From Nitrospirota bacterium (GTDB lineage: Bacteria > Nitrospirota > Nitrospiria > JACQBZ01), in assembly GCA_016200255.1 (NCBI GenBank), contig JACQFA010000022.1, forward strand, positions 12,963-76,962: a DNA stretch of 64,000 nt. The letters are read 5' to 3'. The position numbers and the translations under genes were made by a program. The notes beneath the pieces are model-generated. The model made no database searches and was not told where the DNA came from. It worked only from the letters and a program-made list of their open reading frames with translations. Shown in pieces: positions 1 to 10,494 of the stretch (position 1 is the first letter of the stretch; each line of letters begins with the position of its first letter).

Positions 1-1427
1 ACAATCGCCGCCAGACCAGCCGACCCGATCGCGTATCCCTTCGTCACGGCCTTGGTCGTGTTTCCAACGGCATCCAACGGATCGGTGACCGCTCGGACAC
101 TTTTATCCAGACCGGCCATCTCGGCGATTCCCCCCGCGTTGTCCGTGATCGGACCGTAGGCGTCCAGCGCCACAACCATTCCGGCCATCGACAGCATCGA
201 GACGGCCGCAACGGCCACGCCGTAAAGGCCGGCGAGATGGAACGCGGCCAGGACACCCGCGCCGATCACCAGCACCGGCAGGGCCGTTGCCTTCATGCTC
301 ACGGCCAGGCCGGCGATGATGTTCGTTCCATGTCCGGTGGTGGAGGCCTTCGCAATACTCCTGACCGGCCCGAAAGAGGTTGAGGTGTAGTATTCCGTAA
401 TCATAACGAGGAGCGCCGTGACCGCCAGGCCGATCAGCACCGTGCCGTAGATGCGGTTCGGATCAACCATTGCCAGGCCCTGCAGAATCCATTTCGTAGC
501 GGGATAGAGCGCGAGGGCCGCGAGAAAGCCGGAAACCGCCAGACCCTTATACAGCGCGCCCATGATATACCCTTTGGCGCCGATGCGGGCGAAAAAAGTC
601 CCGATGATCGAGGTGATGATCGAGATCCCGCCGACCACCAGCGGGTAGACGAGGACTTGGGGTGCATCGCTGAAGACCAGGAGGCCCAGAAGCATGGTCG
701 AAATGATGGTGACGGCGTACGTCTCGAAGAGATCGGCCGCCATTCCGGCGCAGTCACCGACGTTGTCGCCGACGTTGTCCGCGATCACGGCCGGGTTGCG
801 CGGATCATCCTCCGGAATCCCGGCCTCCACTTTTCCGACCAGATCCGCCCCGACGTCGGCCGCCTTGGTGAAAATTCCGCCCCCCAGACGGGCGAAGATG
901 CTGATCAGGCTCCCTCCAAACCCCAGACCGACCAGCGGCGTAATATTCACCTTCCCGCCGCTCGGTGTCAGTGCGACCAAAATACCATAATATCCTGCGA
1001 CCGAAAGAAGCCCAAGACCGACCACAAGAAGGCCGGTGACGGACCCACCCCGGAAGGCCACGTTAAACGCCGCGGACAGTCCCCGCTTCGCTGCTTCGGC
1101 CGTCCGTACGTTGGCCTTCACCGAGATGTTCATCCCGATATAACCGGCTGCGGCCGAGGAGACGGCCCCGATCAGGAACCCGATGGCCGTCTTTGTTCCC
1201 AGCGTTCCCCATAAAATGATTAAAAGCACCAGGCCCACCCCCGCAATCGTGGTGTACTGGCGATTCAAAAATGCCTTGGCCCCCTCTTCAATAGCCTTCG
1301 CAATTTCCTGCATCCGCTCCGAACCGGACGGAAGAGCCAGAACCCATCGGGCCGACACGGCACCGTAAATCACCGCAGCCGCCCCGCAAGCCACGGCAAA
1401 AAAGATCGAACCGTTTAAAAGATCCAT
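1..1427 (-). CDS. hppA: Membrane-bound H+-translocating pyrophosphatase, K+-independent type (3' end outside window)
   Basis: Not in the ORF track; translated by hand from ATG 1427 (GGAGG RBS upstream). Contains [54 protein letters not shown] and [14 protein letters not shown]. Confidence 0.96.
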   Translation of the reverse strand, partial: MDLLNGSIFFAVACGAAAVIYGAVSARWVLALPSGSERMQEIAKAIEEGAKAFLNRQYTTIAGVGLVLLIILWGTLGTKTAIGFLIGAVSSAAAGYIGMNISVKANVRTAEAAKRGLSAAFNVAFRGGSVTGLLVVGLGLLSVAGYYGILVALTPSGGKVNITPLVGLGFGGSLISIFARLGGGIFTKAADVGADLVGKVEAGIPEDDPRNPAVIADNVGDNVGDCAGMAADLFETYAVTIISTMLLGLLVFSDAPQVLVYPLVVGGISIITSIIGTFFARIGAKGYIMGALYKGLAVSGFLAALALYPATKWILQGLAMVDPNRIYGTVLIGLAVTALLVMITEYYTSTSFGPVRSIAKASTTGHGTNIIAGLAVSMKATALPVLVIGAGVLAAFHLAGLYGVAVAAVSMLSMAGMVVALDAYGPITDNAGGIAEMAGLDKSVRAVTDPLDAVGNTTKAVTKGYAIGSAGLAAI

Positions 1428-1499
1428 TCCTGATGCCTCCTTCTCCGATCATAACTTTTCAAGTGGAAGCGGGTCGCACCACCCCCACAAAACTTTTTC

Positions 1500-2069
1500 T
1501 CATGGATGAAACCGGTTCATCGTCGTCTCCGGCCCCTCATTGATAAAACAGTCCAGTGCCGTGACGGATCGTTTGATCATTTCCTGAACGATGGGTCGCT
1601 CATCAGGAAGAAAAACCGACAGGACATACTCGTCCGCGGCCTGATGCGCCGGCGGACGGCCAACCCCTACCCGGAGTCGGTAGAAATGGTCAGTCTGGAG
1701 TGATGCGATAATGGATTGGACCCCGCGATGACCGCCATGCCCCCCTTTGGACTTGAGCCGAAGACGCCCGAGGTCAAGATCCAGTTCATCGTGAACCACA
1801 AGCAGGTCGGATGGCTCGGAGCCGGTTTCTCGAAGCAACTCAAGGACGGCAGACCCGCTTCGGTTCATATAGGTCCGCGGCTTGGACAGAATCAGCCGTT
1901 CGTCATTCTGGTCCCGAACCGCGCCGAACGCGGTGACCATCCGCGGAGAGGATTTTCGGAAGGGAACAGCCAGGGACTTCGCGTAAGCGTCCATGACCAT
2001 AAAACCGACGTTGTGACGGCTGCGCGCGTAATCGGCCCCGGGGTTCCCGAGCCCCACAAGAATCTTCAA
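1500..2069 (-). CDS. pth: Peptidyl-tRNA hydrolase
   Basis: VGLGNPG..Y..SRHNVGF, KPRTYMNRSG, VHDELDL, GGH.G motifs; follows rplY. Confidence 0.97.
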   Translation of the reverse strand: MKILVGLGNPGADYARSRHNVGFMVMDAYAKSLAVPFRKSSPRMVTAFGAVRDQNDERLILSKPRTYMNRSGSAVLELLRETGSEPSDLLVVHDELDLDLGRLRLKSKGGHGGHRGVQSIIASLQTDHFYRLRVGVGRPPAHQAADEYVLSVFLPDERPIVQEMIKRSVTALDCFINEGPETTMNRFHP

Positions 2070-2071
2070 TA

Positions 2072-2866
2072 TTACCCTTTCGCTCCGGGCTCCTTCTTCG
2101 CTTCCTTTTTCTCTTCCTTGCCTCCGGGTTTCGGGGCCTTCACCTCGCCTTTGGCTTCCGCTTTTTCACCCGGTTTTGCACCGGCCACGGCTTCCGGCAC
2201 CGCTCCCGCTTCTCCCTCTTCCTCTTTCTTCTTCCCGATCAGTTCAGGTTCCTTTGTCTCGGCCGGCGTCCCGGCCAGGATCTCTTCCAGCTTGGCCTCC
2301 GACATCGGGGCCGCAATCGACACGATCCCCAGATCCTTGTCTTCCAAAACCCGGATCCCCTCCTGAACCTGAAGATCCCTTACATGGATCGATTCTCCGA
2401 TCTTCAGATGCGCCGCGTCCACATCCAAATGGTCCGGAATCATGGACGGAAGACACTCGATCTCGACTTCACGGAGGTTGTGCTGAAGCACACCTCCCTC
2501 TTTGACCCCCTCCGGCAGGTCTCCTTTGACCGTAATGGGAACCCTAATCCGGATCGCCTTGTTCATGTTGATCTCGAACAGATCCGCATGAAGGAGGCCG
2601 CCGGTGATGGGGTCCTTTTGATAATCGCGAAGGATGGCCGTCCGTGTTTCGACCGACTTTTCCCCTTTAATCTTCAGATTGATCAGTGCGTTCTCCCCCG
2701 ACTCCGACTTGAAAATTTTGATCAGCTCCGCGGGATGTATGCTCAACAGACTCGACTTCCCTTCACCGTACAACACGGCCGGAATCCGGCCGGCCCGTCG
2801 AAGAGTACGGGCCACTCCCTTTCCGCTTTTCTGACGCTGCTCCGCTTCTAAATCCATACGCTGCAT
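2072..2866 (-). CDS. rplY: 50S ribosomal protein L25/general stress protein Ctc, with long E/K/G/A/P tail
   Basis: GKGVARTLRRAGRIPAVLYG, HADLF and GVKEGG motifs; prs-rplY-pth synteny. Confidence 0.96.
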   Translation of the reverse strand: MQRMDLEAEQRQKSGKGVARTLRRAGRIPAVLYGEGKSSLLSIHPAELIKIFKSESGENALINLKIKGEKSVETRTAILRDYQKDPITGGLLHADLFEINMNKAIRIRVPITVKGDLPEGVKEGGVLQHNLREVEIECLPSMIPDHLDVDAAHLKIGESIHVRDLQVQEGIRVLEDKDLGIVSIAAPMSEAKLEEILAGTPAETKEPELIGKKKEEEGEAGAVPEAVAGAKPGEKAEAKGEVKAPKPGGKEEKKEAKKEPGAKG

Positions 2867-2897
2867 GACGGACTCCTTTAATGATTGGATGGGACGG

Positions 2898-3839
2898 TTA
2901 CACGAACAATGAACTTACCGATTCTTCATTATGAATCCGACGAATCGCCTCCCCCAACAGCGGGGCGACGGACAGAACCTTGATTTTTTTGCAGATCTGA
3001 TCTTTACCGGCCATGGGGATGGTGTTGGTAACGATCACCTGGTCGATGACCGAGTCGTTGAGACGCTGCAAGGCCGGTCCGGACAGAACGGCATGCGTAC
3101 AGCCGGCCAAAACTCGACGGGCTCCCTTATCTGCGCAGGCCTGGGCGCCCTGCGCGATCGTTCCGGCGGTATCGATCATGTCGTCTAAAAGAAGGACGTC
3201 GCGGTTGTCCACCTCTCCGATGATGTTCATGATCTTGGCCTGGTTCGGTCCCTCACGGCGCTTGTCGATGATCGCCAGATTCGCGTTGAGCCGCTTCGCA
3301 AAGGCCCGAGCCCGTTCCACCCCGCCAGCGTCCGGCGACACCACGACCAGATCCTTCAAGTCCATGGAGTGCAGATAGCTCAGAATTACCGGCGTCGCAT
3401 ACAGATGGTCTACCGGGATATTAAAAAAGCCTTGAATCTGTCCGGCGTGCAGATCCATGGTCAAGACCTTATCGGCCCCGGCCGTGGTGATCAGGTCCGC
3501 AACCAACTTCGCCGTCACCGGAACTCGGGGCTGATCCTTGCGGTCCTGCCGGGCATACCCGAAATAGGGTATGACAGCCGTGATCCGACGGGCGGAAGAC
3601 CGCTTGAGCGCGTCGATCATTATGAGCAATTCCATGATATTTTTGTTGACGGGGTCCGAGCAGGACTGAACCACAAACACATCCATCCCGCGCACGTTCT
3701 CCTCAATCCGGACCAGGATCTCCCCATCACTGAAGGCCGAAACGGTCGTGGCGCCCGGGACAACCCCAAGGTGATCGCAGATCTCCTTGGCCATTGGAAT
3801 ATTGGAATTCCCCGAAATCAGTTTAAGCTCGTTTAACAC
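2898..3839 (-). CDS. prs: Ribose-phosphate pyrophosphokinase
   Basis: FSDGEI, PYFGYARQDRK, DLHAGQIQGFF, VSPDAGGVERA, DDMIDTAGT. Confidence 0.98.
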   Translation of the reverse strand: MLNELKLISGNSNIPMAKEICDHLGVVPGATTVSAFSDGEILVRIEENVRGMDVFVVQSCSDPVNKNIMELLIMIDALKRSSARRITAVIPYFGYARQDRKDQPRVPVTAKLVADLITTAGADKVLTMDLHAGQIQGFFNIPVDHLYATPVILSYLHSMDLKDLVVVSPDAGGVERARAFAKRLNANLAIIDKRREGPNQAKIMNIIGEVDNRDVLLLDDMIDTAGTIAQGAQACADKGARRVLAGCTHAVLSGPALQRLNDSVIDQVIVTNTIPMAGKDQICKKIKVLSVAPLLGEAIRRIHNEESVSSLFV

Positions 3840-3859
3840 TCAACTCCCCTCAATCACTT

Positions 3860-3933
3860 TGGTTCGGAGGTAGGGACTCGAACCCCAATTCGCAGCTCCA
3901 AAGGCTGCTGTCCTACCGTTGGACGACCTCCGA
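3860..3933 (-). tRNA. tRNA-Gln(UUG)
   Basis: Cloverleaf TCGGAGG...CCTCCGA-A-CCA; anticodon arm GCAGC-CTTTGGA-GCTGC; T loop GGTTCGAGTCC; usual ispE-tRNAGln-prs position. Confidence 0.95.
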
Positions 3934-3952
3934 ATATCCCGATTGATCGTTT

Positions 3953-4912
3953 TTACCAGGGCGATCGGTTCAGCAGCCGCGCCACCCAGATGATCCATGG
4001 TCCGCTTCGATTCATCCCCCCGGCCTTGCCCCCCCTCCGCAGAACCGTCGCTGCGGAATAGGCCGAGGAACCATCCGGAAACAGCCCGAAAACGGTCGGG
4101 CCGCTGCCGGACATCAAAACTCCCTTTGCTCCCAAGGAACAGAGTCGCTCCTTGATGGACTCAATGACCGGATATCGTCTGATCGTGATCACTTCCAAGT
4201 CATTGTGGAGGGAGAATGATCGTTTCGTCACCGGGAAGGTCTTGCTTTTACGGGAGGGAATTTTATTCCGATTCCGATCCAAAGTCAACCTTATTTTTTT
4301 GAGGAATGTTCTCCGGGGTGCCGGCACTCCGGACCGAACGCGACCCAATTCGGAGTAGACCCAGGCGGTCGAAACCTCGAAACCGGGATTCACCAACACT
4401 GCCCAGAGATTCTCCCCCGAACGAATCGGGGCGACCTCGTTGCCGATGCCTGACACCCAGGCGGTCGGCCCACCGAAAAAAAACGGCAGGTCGCTGCCAA
4501 GGGTCCGGCCCAGCGCCGCGAGTTCCGTCCGGGGCGGTGTTATTTTGAACAGACGGCCAAGACCATAAAGCGTGGCCGCGGCATCGCTGCTCCCCCCGCC
4601 CAGCCCGGCGCCGATCGGAATCTTCTTGTCCAATTCGATTCTCAAACCGGTCTCGATCCCATAACGCTTCATAAAGGCCCGGGCCGCGCGCACGATCAGA
4701 TTGTCCTCCCCGAGCGGAAGAGTCCGATTCCTTGTCACGATCCGGATCCCGTCGCGAACCGGCCTCCGAATCAGGGTCAGCCGGTCATGAAGATTGACCA
4801 TCTGCATCAGTGAGAGAATGCCGTGGTACCCGGTTGACTGACGCTCCAGAACATACAACAGCAGATTGATCTTGGCGGGGGCCCGGACGGTTACGGTCTG
4901 TCGTGGATGCAT
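3953..4912 (-). CDS. ispE: 4-diphosphocytidyl-2-C-methyl-D-erythritol kinase
   Basis: APAKINL, KKIPIGAGLGGGSSDAA, GSDLPFF, MSGSGPTVF. Start moved to ATG 4912 to avoid overlap with pilR. Confidence 0.95.
   Translation of the reverse strand: MHPRQTVTVRAPAKINLLLYVLERQSTGYHGILSLMQMVNLHDRLTLIRRPVRDGIRIVTRNRTLPLGEDNLIVRAARAFMKRYGIETGLRIELDKKIPIGAGLGGGSSDAAATLYGLGRLFKITPPRTELAALGRTLGSDLPFFFGGPTAWVSGIGNEVAPIRSGENLWAVLVNPGFEVSTAWVYSELGRVRSGVPAPRRTFLKKIRLTLDRNRNKIPSRKSKTFPVTKRSFSLHNDLEVITIRRYPVIESIKERLCSLGAKGVLMSGSGPTVFGLFPDGSSAYSAATVLRRGGKAGGMNRSGPWIIWVARLLNRSPW
4260..4288 (-). promoter_or_regulatory. sigma70-type promoter inside ispE, facing tRNA-Gln/prs
   Basis: TTGACT-N17-TAAAAT on the minus strand, with an A-rich tract upstream. 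Confidence 0.75.
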
Positions 4913-4973
4913 GCGCGGGTATCGGCCCCATTGAATATCGTGAAAAGTTTTACGATGATCGGTTGAACGGAAC

Positions 4974-6413
4974 TCAAGGCGTGTCCGGTCCGTCATCTTG
5001 TTCGGAATCATCGTCCGGGGGAGCGCCGGGCTCGCGATGTTTGCGGATGCCGTGTTTTTCCAGACGGTATCGGAACGATCGCATGTTCAACCGGAGGAGC
5101 CGGGCGGCATCCCGCTTGACCCAGTTGGTCCGCTCGAGAGCCTTGAGGAGAAAAGTTTTTTCCAGATCGCCGATCACCCGGTCTAGGTCCAGGCCTTCCG
5201 AGGGAATGGACGCGGGCACCGACTCTTTCAACGCCGCCGGTTTCTGGAGGCATTCCATCACGTCTTTCAATTCAATGGTATCGCCGGTCGTCAAGGCCAC
5301 GACGCGCTCGATCATGTTCTCAAGCTCACGCACATTGCCGCGCCATGGATGAGACTGTAAAATTTTCATGGCATCGGGCGTTACCGTCCGGATTTTTTTG
5401 TTCAAACCCTGATTCAAGATCGTCAGAAAATGCCGCACGAGGGGCGGAATATCTTCCACCCGTTCCCGGAGCGGCGGCAGATGGATCGGAATCACGTCCA
5501 GACGGTAATAAAGATCCTCGCGAAATGTCCCCTCCGCGACCGCCTTTTCAAGGTCTTTATTGGTCGCCGCAATGATCCGGACGTCCACGCGGATATTTTG
5601 CGTCCCGCCGATTCTCCGGAACTCCTTCTCTTCCAGAACCCGCAACAGCTTGGCTTGGATACCCGGCGGAGTGTCGCCAATCTCGTCCAGAAAGATCGTC
5701 CCCTCATGGGCCACTTCAAAAAGACCCGGCTTGTTCACGTGCGCCCCGGTGAACGATCCTTTCATATGACCGAATAATTCGCTTTCAAGAAGCGGCTCGG
5801 GAAGCGCGCTGCAGTTGACGGTGACAAAGGGCTTGTCCTTCCGCTGGCTGTCGGAATGGATGGCTTGGGCGATGAGCTCCTTTCCGGTCCCGCTCTCGCC
5901 CAAGATCAGGACATTGCTCTGGGTGTCCGCGACCTTCTTCACCACCTGCATCACATTCTGCATGGGTCCGCTTCGCCCGATGATGTCCTCAATCGCCGCG
6001 GCCCCCTTGACCTTCTTTTTCAGAAGTTGATTCTCGGTCCGGAGCCGTTTCTTTTCCAACGCGTTTCGGATGATCATCTTGACTTCGTCGATCTGAAACG
6101 GCTTGCTCAGATAATCGTACGCCCCTTCCTTCATGGCTTCAATCGCCGTCTCGGTTGAAGCGAAGGCCGTGATCATCAGAACAAGGGTGTCGGGGGACGC
6201 CTCCTTCACCGTCTTCAGAACCTGAAGCCCGCTGATCCTGGGCATCTTCACATCGGTCAAGACCAGATCAAACATCTCTTTCCGGATCAGCCGCCCCGCC
6301 GTCTCTCCATCCTCGGCGGCCGTCACGGAATAGCCCTCTTTCTTGAGCATGATGCTCAGGAAATCCCGCATGCTCTTCTCATCGTCAACGACTAAAATCT
6401 TCTCCACGGTCAA
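4974..6413 (-). CDS. pilR: sigma54-dependent response regulator PilR
   Basis: REC domain; AAA+ domain (GESGTGKE, ELFGHMKGSFTGA, FREDLYYRL); HTH; follows pilBTCS. Confidence 0.88.
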   Translation of the reverse strand: MTVEKILVVDDEKSMRDFLSIMLKKEGYSVTAAEDGETAGRLIRKEMFDLVLTDVKMPRISGLQVLKTVKEASPDTLVLMITAFASTETAIEAMKEGAYDYLSKPFQIDEVKMIIRNALEKKRLRTENQLLKKKVKGAAAIEDIIGRSGPMQNVMQVVKKVADTQSNVLILGESGTGKELIAQAIHSDSQRKDKPFVTVNCSALPEPLLESELFGHMKGSFTGAHVNKPGLFEVAHEGTIFLDEIGDTPPGIQAKLLRVLEEKEFRRIGGTQNIRVDVRIIAATNKDLEKAVAEGTFREDLYYRLDVIPIHLPPLRERVEDIPPLVRHFLTILNQGLNKKIRTVTPDAMKILQSHPWRGNVRELENMIERVVALTTGDTIELKDVMECLQKPAALKESVPASIPSEGLDLDRVIGDLEKTFLLKALERTNWVKRDAARLLRLNMRSFRYRLEKHGIRKHREPGAPPDDDSEQDDGPDTP

Positions 6414-8119
6414 TGGCTCCTTTGGTCTCCCAAACCGCCTGCGGTTGCGTCTTCACCCGCCGCCAACAAAAGGGTTAATCGGGTTCCCTGACCCGGCCGG
6501 CTTTCCACATGCACGCGGCCCCGATGCGTTTCGATCACCCGATGTACAATCGACAGGCCGAGCCCCGAACCCCGATCCCTGGTCGTGAAAAACGGGTAGA
6601 AAATTTTAGGAATGTTTTCCTTCTGGATTCCAAGTCCATTGTCTGAAAACGTCACTTCAATCCAGGGTGTTCCAGGACGATTTTTATTGGAGTCCACTGT
6701 CACGGGTCGGGTCGCAATAAGGAGACGCCCTCCCTGAGGCATCGCCTGACAGGCATTGATGGACAGGTTCCAGAAAACCTGCCGGATCTGATCGGAGTCC
6801 ACCGCCGCCCACAATTTCCCCGGCGCCAGATGCGACTGGATCTCGATATTGTCCCGATACTCCTTGCTGTTCCGAAGAAGGCTCAACGTATCAATCACCA
6901 GTTGGTTGATGTCCCACCGTTTTTTATTCAACGGGGCCGGTCGGGCATACATTAGGAAGGCCGTGATGATGCCGTTCAAGCGTTCGGTTTCCTTTAAAGC
7001 GATCTCCATGAGTCGGCGGGACTCCTCTTCTTCGAGGCGAACGTCTTTGCTCAGCACTTGCAGCGATCCGCTCAACGCTCCAAGGGGGTTTCGGATTTCA
7101 TGGGCCATTCCGGCCGCCATCTCGCCGATCGTCGCCAATCTTTTTTTGTGCTCAATCTCAATCTCCATCTCCCGGATACGGGTCAGATCCTGAAAGATCC
7201 AGACGCCGCCGATCTGCCGGCCTTCTTCATTCTTAAGTGGAGAAACGGTCATTCCCAACACCAACGGAACGCCGTTTTTCCGATGACAATCCCGGTCAAA
7301 ACGAAACGGCTCGGTCAGCGGTTTTTCATCACTGATCAGCCGCTCCAAATCGGCCGCATCAAACGTGTTCCACCAGGGTTTGCCTTTGACGTCCTCAAAC
7401 CGGCACCCCATGATCTCTTCGGCGGCACGGTTGAAGGACGTAATCTCCCCGTTCTGGCCGGTCGTCATCAGACCGGTGCTCATGCTCTGCACGACATGCT
7501 CGTGAAATGCCTTCAGTTCGGCCAGTCCGGTCGCCTTCTCTTTCAATCGCTCACGTGTAACGCTCAGTTTATCGGCCAACCCCCCGCTCAGATAAGCCAC
7601 GGTCAGATACGCGACAATGTTCAGAAAAAGCAGATAGAGGGTTTCTGTATTCGAGTAGGTGCTTACCTCCATGCCGGGGAGAAGCCGGAAGTACTGGAGA
7701 TCGACAAGAACTCCGAAAAAGATGCCGGACATGGATGCGGTCAGGCTTCCGCCCTTTCGCCCCAGGATCACGCTGGCCGCTATCGAGGTAATCATATAGA
7801 ACGGCGAGAAGGGGCTTTCAATGCCACCCGTGAGATAGACCAAAACCGTCTCAAACACAAGATCGATAAAGATCTGACTATAGGCAAAAAGCCTGACTTG
7901 CTTCGGACGATTCAGGAGAAGACTATAGACAATCGTGAGACAATAGGTCGAGGCGATCAGATACGAAAAGGAGACGGTCGTCCTACCGATATGTCCGTAA
8001 CCGACCTGTAAGACGATCGAGGCGCCCAGCAAGCCCGTAACAATCACCACGCGCAGGGCCATCAGCCACTTGAGTTTGGCCCGCATTTCTTCTTGCTGGA
8101 TTTGTTGAAGCTCCATCAC
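6410..8119 (-). CDS. pilS: Sensor histidine kinase PilS (multi-TM, PAS, HisKA, HATPase)
   Basis: About 6 N-terminal TM segments, PAS (FNRAAEEI), AHEIRNPL, PFFTT, GSGLGL. Confidence 0.88.
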   Translation of the reverse strand: MMELQQIQQEEMRAKLKWLMALRVVIVTGLLGASIVLQVGYGHIGRTTVSFSYLIASTYCLTIVYSLLLNRPKQVRLFAYSQIFIDLVFETVLVYLTGGIESPFSPFYMITSIAASVILGRKGGSLTASMSGIFFGVLVDLQYFRLLPGMEVSTYSNTETLYLLFLNIVAYLTVAYLSGGLADKLSVTRERLKEKATGLAELKAFHEHVVQSMSTGLMTTGQNGEITSFNRAAEEIMGCRFEDVKGKPWWNTFDAADLERLISDEKPLTEPFRFDRDCHRKNGVPLVLGMTVSPLKNEEGRQIGGVWIFQDLTRIREMEIEIEHKKRLATIGEMAAGMAHEIRNPLGALSGSLQVLSKDVRLEEEESRRLMEIALKETERLNGIITAFLMYARPAPLNKKRWDINQLVIDTLSLLRNSKEYRDNIEIQSHLAPGKLWAAVDSDQIRQVFWNLSINACQAMPQGGRLLIATRPVTVDSNKNRPGTPWIEVTFSDNGLGIQKENIPKIFYPFFTTRDRGSGLGLSIVHRVIETHRGRVHVESRPGQGTRLTLLLAAGEDATAGGLGDQRSH

Positions 8120-8127
8120 TCAATGCA

Positions 8128-9333
8128 CTATCCTACGGTTCCGGCCATTTTGAAGATCGGCAGATACATGGCCACCACGATGAATCCGATCACCACGCCC
8201 AGGAATACCATCAGCATCGGTTCCAGAAGGGCCGTCAGGGCCCCGACGGCCGCATCGACTTCTTCCTCGTAGAAGTCGGCGATCTTTCCCAGCATCGCGT
8301 CCAGCGCGCCGGTCGTCTCTCCCACCGCGATCATCTGGACCACCATGGGGGGAAACACCTTTGTTTTCGCGAGCGGCTCGGCGACCGTTTTCCCTTCGCT
8401 GATACTCTGCCGTGCGACAAGGATCGCCTCTTCAATGATCTTGTTGCCCGATGTTTTAGCCGTGATGCTCAGGCCTTCCAGGATGGGAACACCGCTGCTG
8501 ATCAACGTGCCGAGGGTCCGGGTGAACTTGGCTACGGCCGCCTTTCGGATCAGATCACCGATGACAGGCAGCATCAGGGCGAAACGATCAAGGAGCTTTT
8601 GACCCGCCGGCGTCTTGTAGGCCCGTTTGATCCCCATATAGGATATAACGGCCCCCACAAACAAAGGAATGGCATACTGTTTCGAAATGTTGCTGGCCGC
8701 AATCACGATCTGCGTCGGACCGGGGAGCTCACCGCCGAAATCGGAGAACATCTTGGCAAAGACCGGAATCACAAAGACCATCAAGATCCCGACGATGATA
8801 ATGGCCACACCCAAAATCGTGACCGGGTAGACCATCGCCGACTTGATCTGTTTTTTTAACTTCGCCGCTTTCTCGATGTGCTTGGCCAGACGGTTGAGGA
8901 TGGTATCCAGAATACCGCCCGCCTCGCCCGCCGCCACCATGTTCACGTACAGTTCGTCAAACGCCTTGGGATGTTTCCTCAGCGCATCAGCGTAGGTGGA
9001 ACCCGACTCGACCTCCTGCCGCACCTCACCCACGGTCTTGGCCAGGAACTTGTTTTCCGTCTGCGCCGAAAGGATTTCAAGGCATTGGACCAGCGGCAAG
9101 CCAGCGTCGATCATCGTAGCAAACTGCCGGGTAAACACCACGATGTCCTTGTCCGTAACTCCTTCACCGAAGCTGAGGTTGAGTTTAAAACCCCCGCCCT
9201 TTTGCTGGACCGAGGTGACAAGAATATTCTGTTTTCGAAGGATCCCGATCACTTCGTCCCGGCTCTTCGCCGCGATCTCACCCTTCTGAAGGGCTCCCTG
9301 CCTCGTCTTTCCTGTCCAGGTAAACGTCGCCAT
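8128..9333 (-). CDS. pilC: Type IV pilus platform protein PilC
   Basis: FTRQFATMIDAGLPL, AAGEAGGILD, KSAMVYP, VAMYLPIF. Confidence 0.95.
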   Translation of the reverse strand: MATFTWTGKTRQGALQKGEIAAKSRDEVIGILRKQNILVTSVQQKGGGFKLNLSFGEGVTDKDIVVFTRQFATMIDAGLPLVQCLEILSAQTENKFLAKTVGEVRQEVESGSTYADALRKHPKAFDELYVNMVAAGEAGGILDTILNRLAKHIEKAAKLKKQIKSAMVYPVTILGVAIIIVGILMVFVIPVFAKMFSDFGGELPGPTQIVIAASNISKQYAIPLFVGAVISYMGIKRAYKTPAGQKLLDRFALMLPVIGDLIRKAAVAKFTRTLGTLISSGVPILEGLSITAKTSGNKIIEEAILVARQSISEGKTVAEPLAKTKVFPPMVVQMIAVGETTGALDAMLGKIADFYEEEVDAAVGALTALLEPMLMVFLGVVIGFIVVAMYLPIFKMAGTVG

Positions 9334-9351
9334 TAATCGCAGGTTCTCCGG

Positions 9352-10458
9352 TTACCGTGCCGCCCGTTGTTCCTTGCCGGGCTGGGGCGCCATTCCACCC
9401 CGGCCCAACATGTTCATCAATTCTTCCACATTACTGCTGCGGTTGATAGCATCGTCATAGGTGATCAGACGCCTTGAATAAAGGTCGAACAGCGACTGGT
9501 TCATGGTTTGCATGCCATACTTGGTTTGACCGGTTTGCATCGTGGAATAGATCTGATGGACCTTGTCTTCCCGGATCAGGTTGCGGATGGCCGGATTGGG
9601 AACCATAATTTCCAACGCCAGCACCCGGCCCTGCCCGCTCGCCTTGGACATAAGCTGTTGGGACATGACGCCTTCCAGTACGAATGATAACTGGGCCCGC
9701 ACCTGGGACTGCTGGAAAGGTGGGAAAACATCGATGATCCGGTTGATCGTCTGGGCGCAGGAGTTGGTATGGAGCGTTGCCATTGTGAGATGGCCGGTCT
9801 CGGCGATCGTCAAGGCGGCCTCGATCGTCTCCAGATCCCTCAACTCGCCGATCAGCACCACATCGGGATCCTGCCGGAGTATGTATTTGAGGGCGGTTTT
9901 GAACGATTTGGTGTCCGAATTCACCTCCCGTTGGTTGACCAGGCATTTTTTGTGGGGGTGAAGGAACTCGATCGGATCCTCGATCGTCACGATGTGTTCA
10001 TGCCGCTCGCTGTTGATCGTATCGATCATCGTGGCCAATGTGGTCGATTTTCCGCTCCCTGTGGGACCCGTCACCAAGACCAAGCCGCGGGGTTTCTTCA
10101 CCAGATCACGCACCACCGCCGGCAGTCCCAGTTCCTCAAAGGTCATGATCTTAAATGGAATCGTACGAAGCGCCGCGGCCACGGCCCCGCGCTGCATAAA
10201 AACGTTGGCGCGAAACCGGCTTAGCCCTTTTAAACCGAAAGAGAAATCCAGTTCGTTCTCCTCTTCGAATTTGTGTTTCTGCGCATCGGTCAGAACACTG
10301 TAGACCAGTTGTTTGGTCTCGGCGGGCGTCAAGGGCGGGAGATTAAGCGGCGCCAAATCTCCATCCACCCGAATCTGCGGCGGGGTTCCGGTCGTGAGGT
10401 GGAGGTCGGAAGCCCCCTTCTCGATCATCGTTTGAAGCAACTGATACAGGTTGGCCAT
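9352..10458 (-). CDS. pilT: Type IV pilus retraction ATPase PilT
   Basis: ASDLHL, GPTGSGKSTT, TIEDPIE, LRQDPDV, AIRNLIRE, GMQT. Confidence 0.97.
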   Translation of the reverse strand: MANLYQLLQTMIEKGASDLHLTTGTPPQIRVDGDLAPLNLPPLTPAETKQLVYSVLTDAQKHKFEEENELDFSFGLKGLSRFRANVFMQRGAVAAALRTIPFKIMTFEELGLPAVVRDLVKKPRGLVLVTGPTGSGKSTTLATMIDTINSERHEHIVTIEDPIEFLHPHKKCLVNQREVNSDTKSFKTALKYILRQDPDVVLIGELRDLETIEAALTIAETGHLTMATLHTNSCAQTINRIIDVFPPFQQSQVRAQLSFVLEGVMSQQLMSKASGQGRVLALEIMVPNPAIRNLIREDKVHQIYSTMQTGQTKYGMQTMNQSLFDLYSRRLITYDDAINRSSNVEELMNMLGRGGMAPQPGKEQRAAR

Positions 10459-10494
10459 TCGTCGCCTTTCATAACGGCGGACCCATGCGGAATA

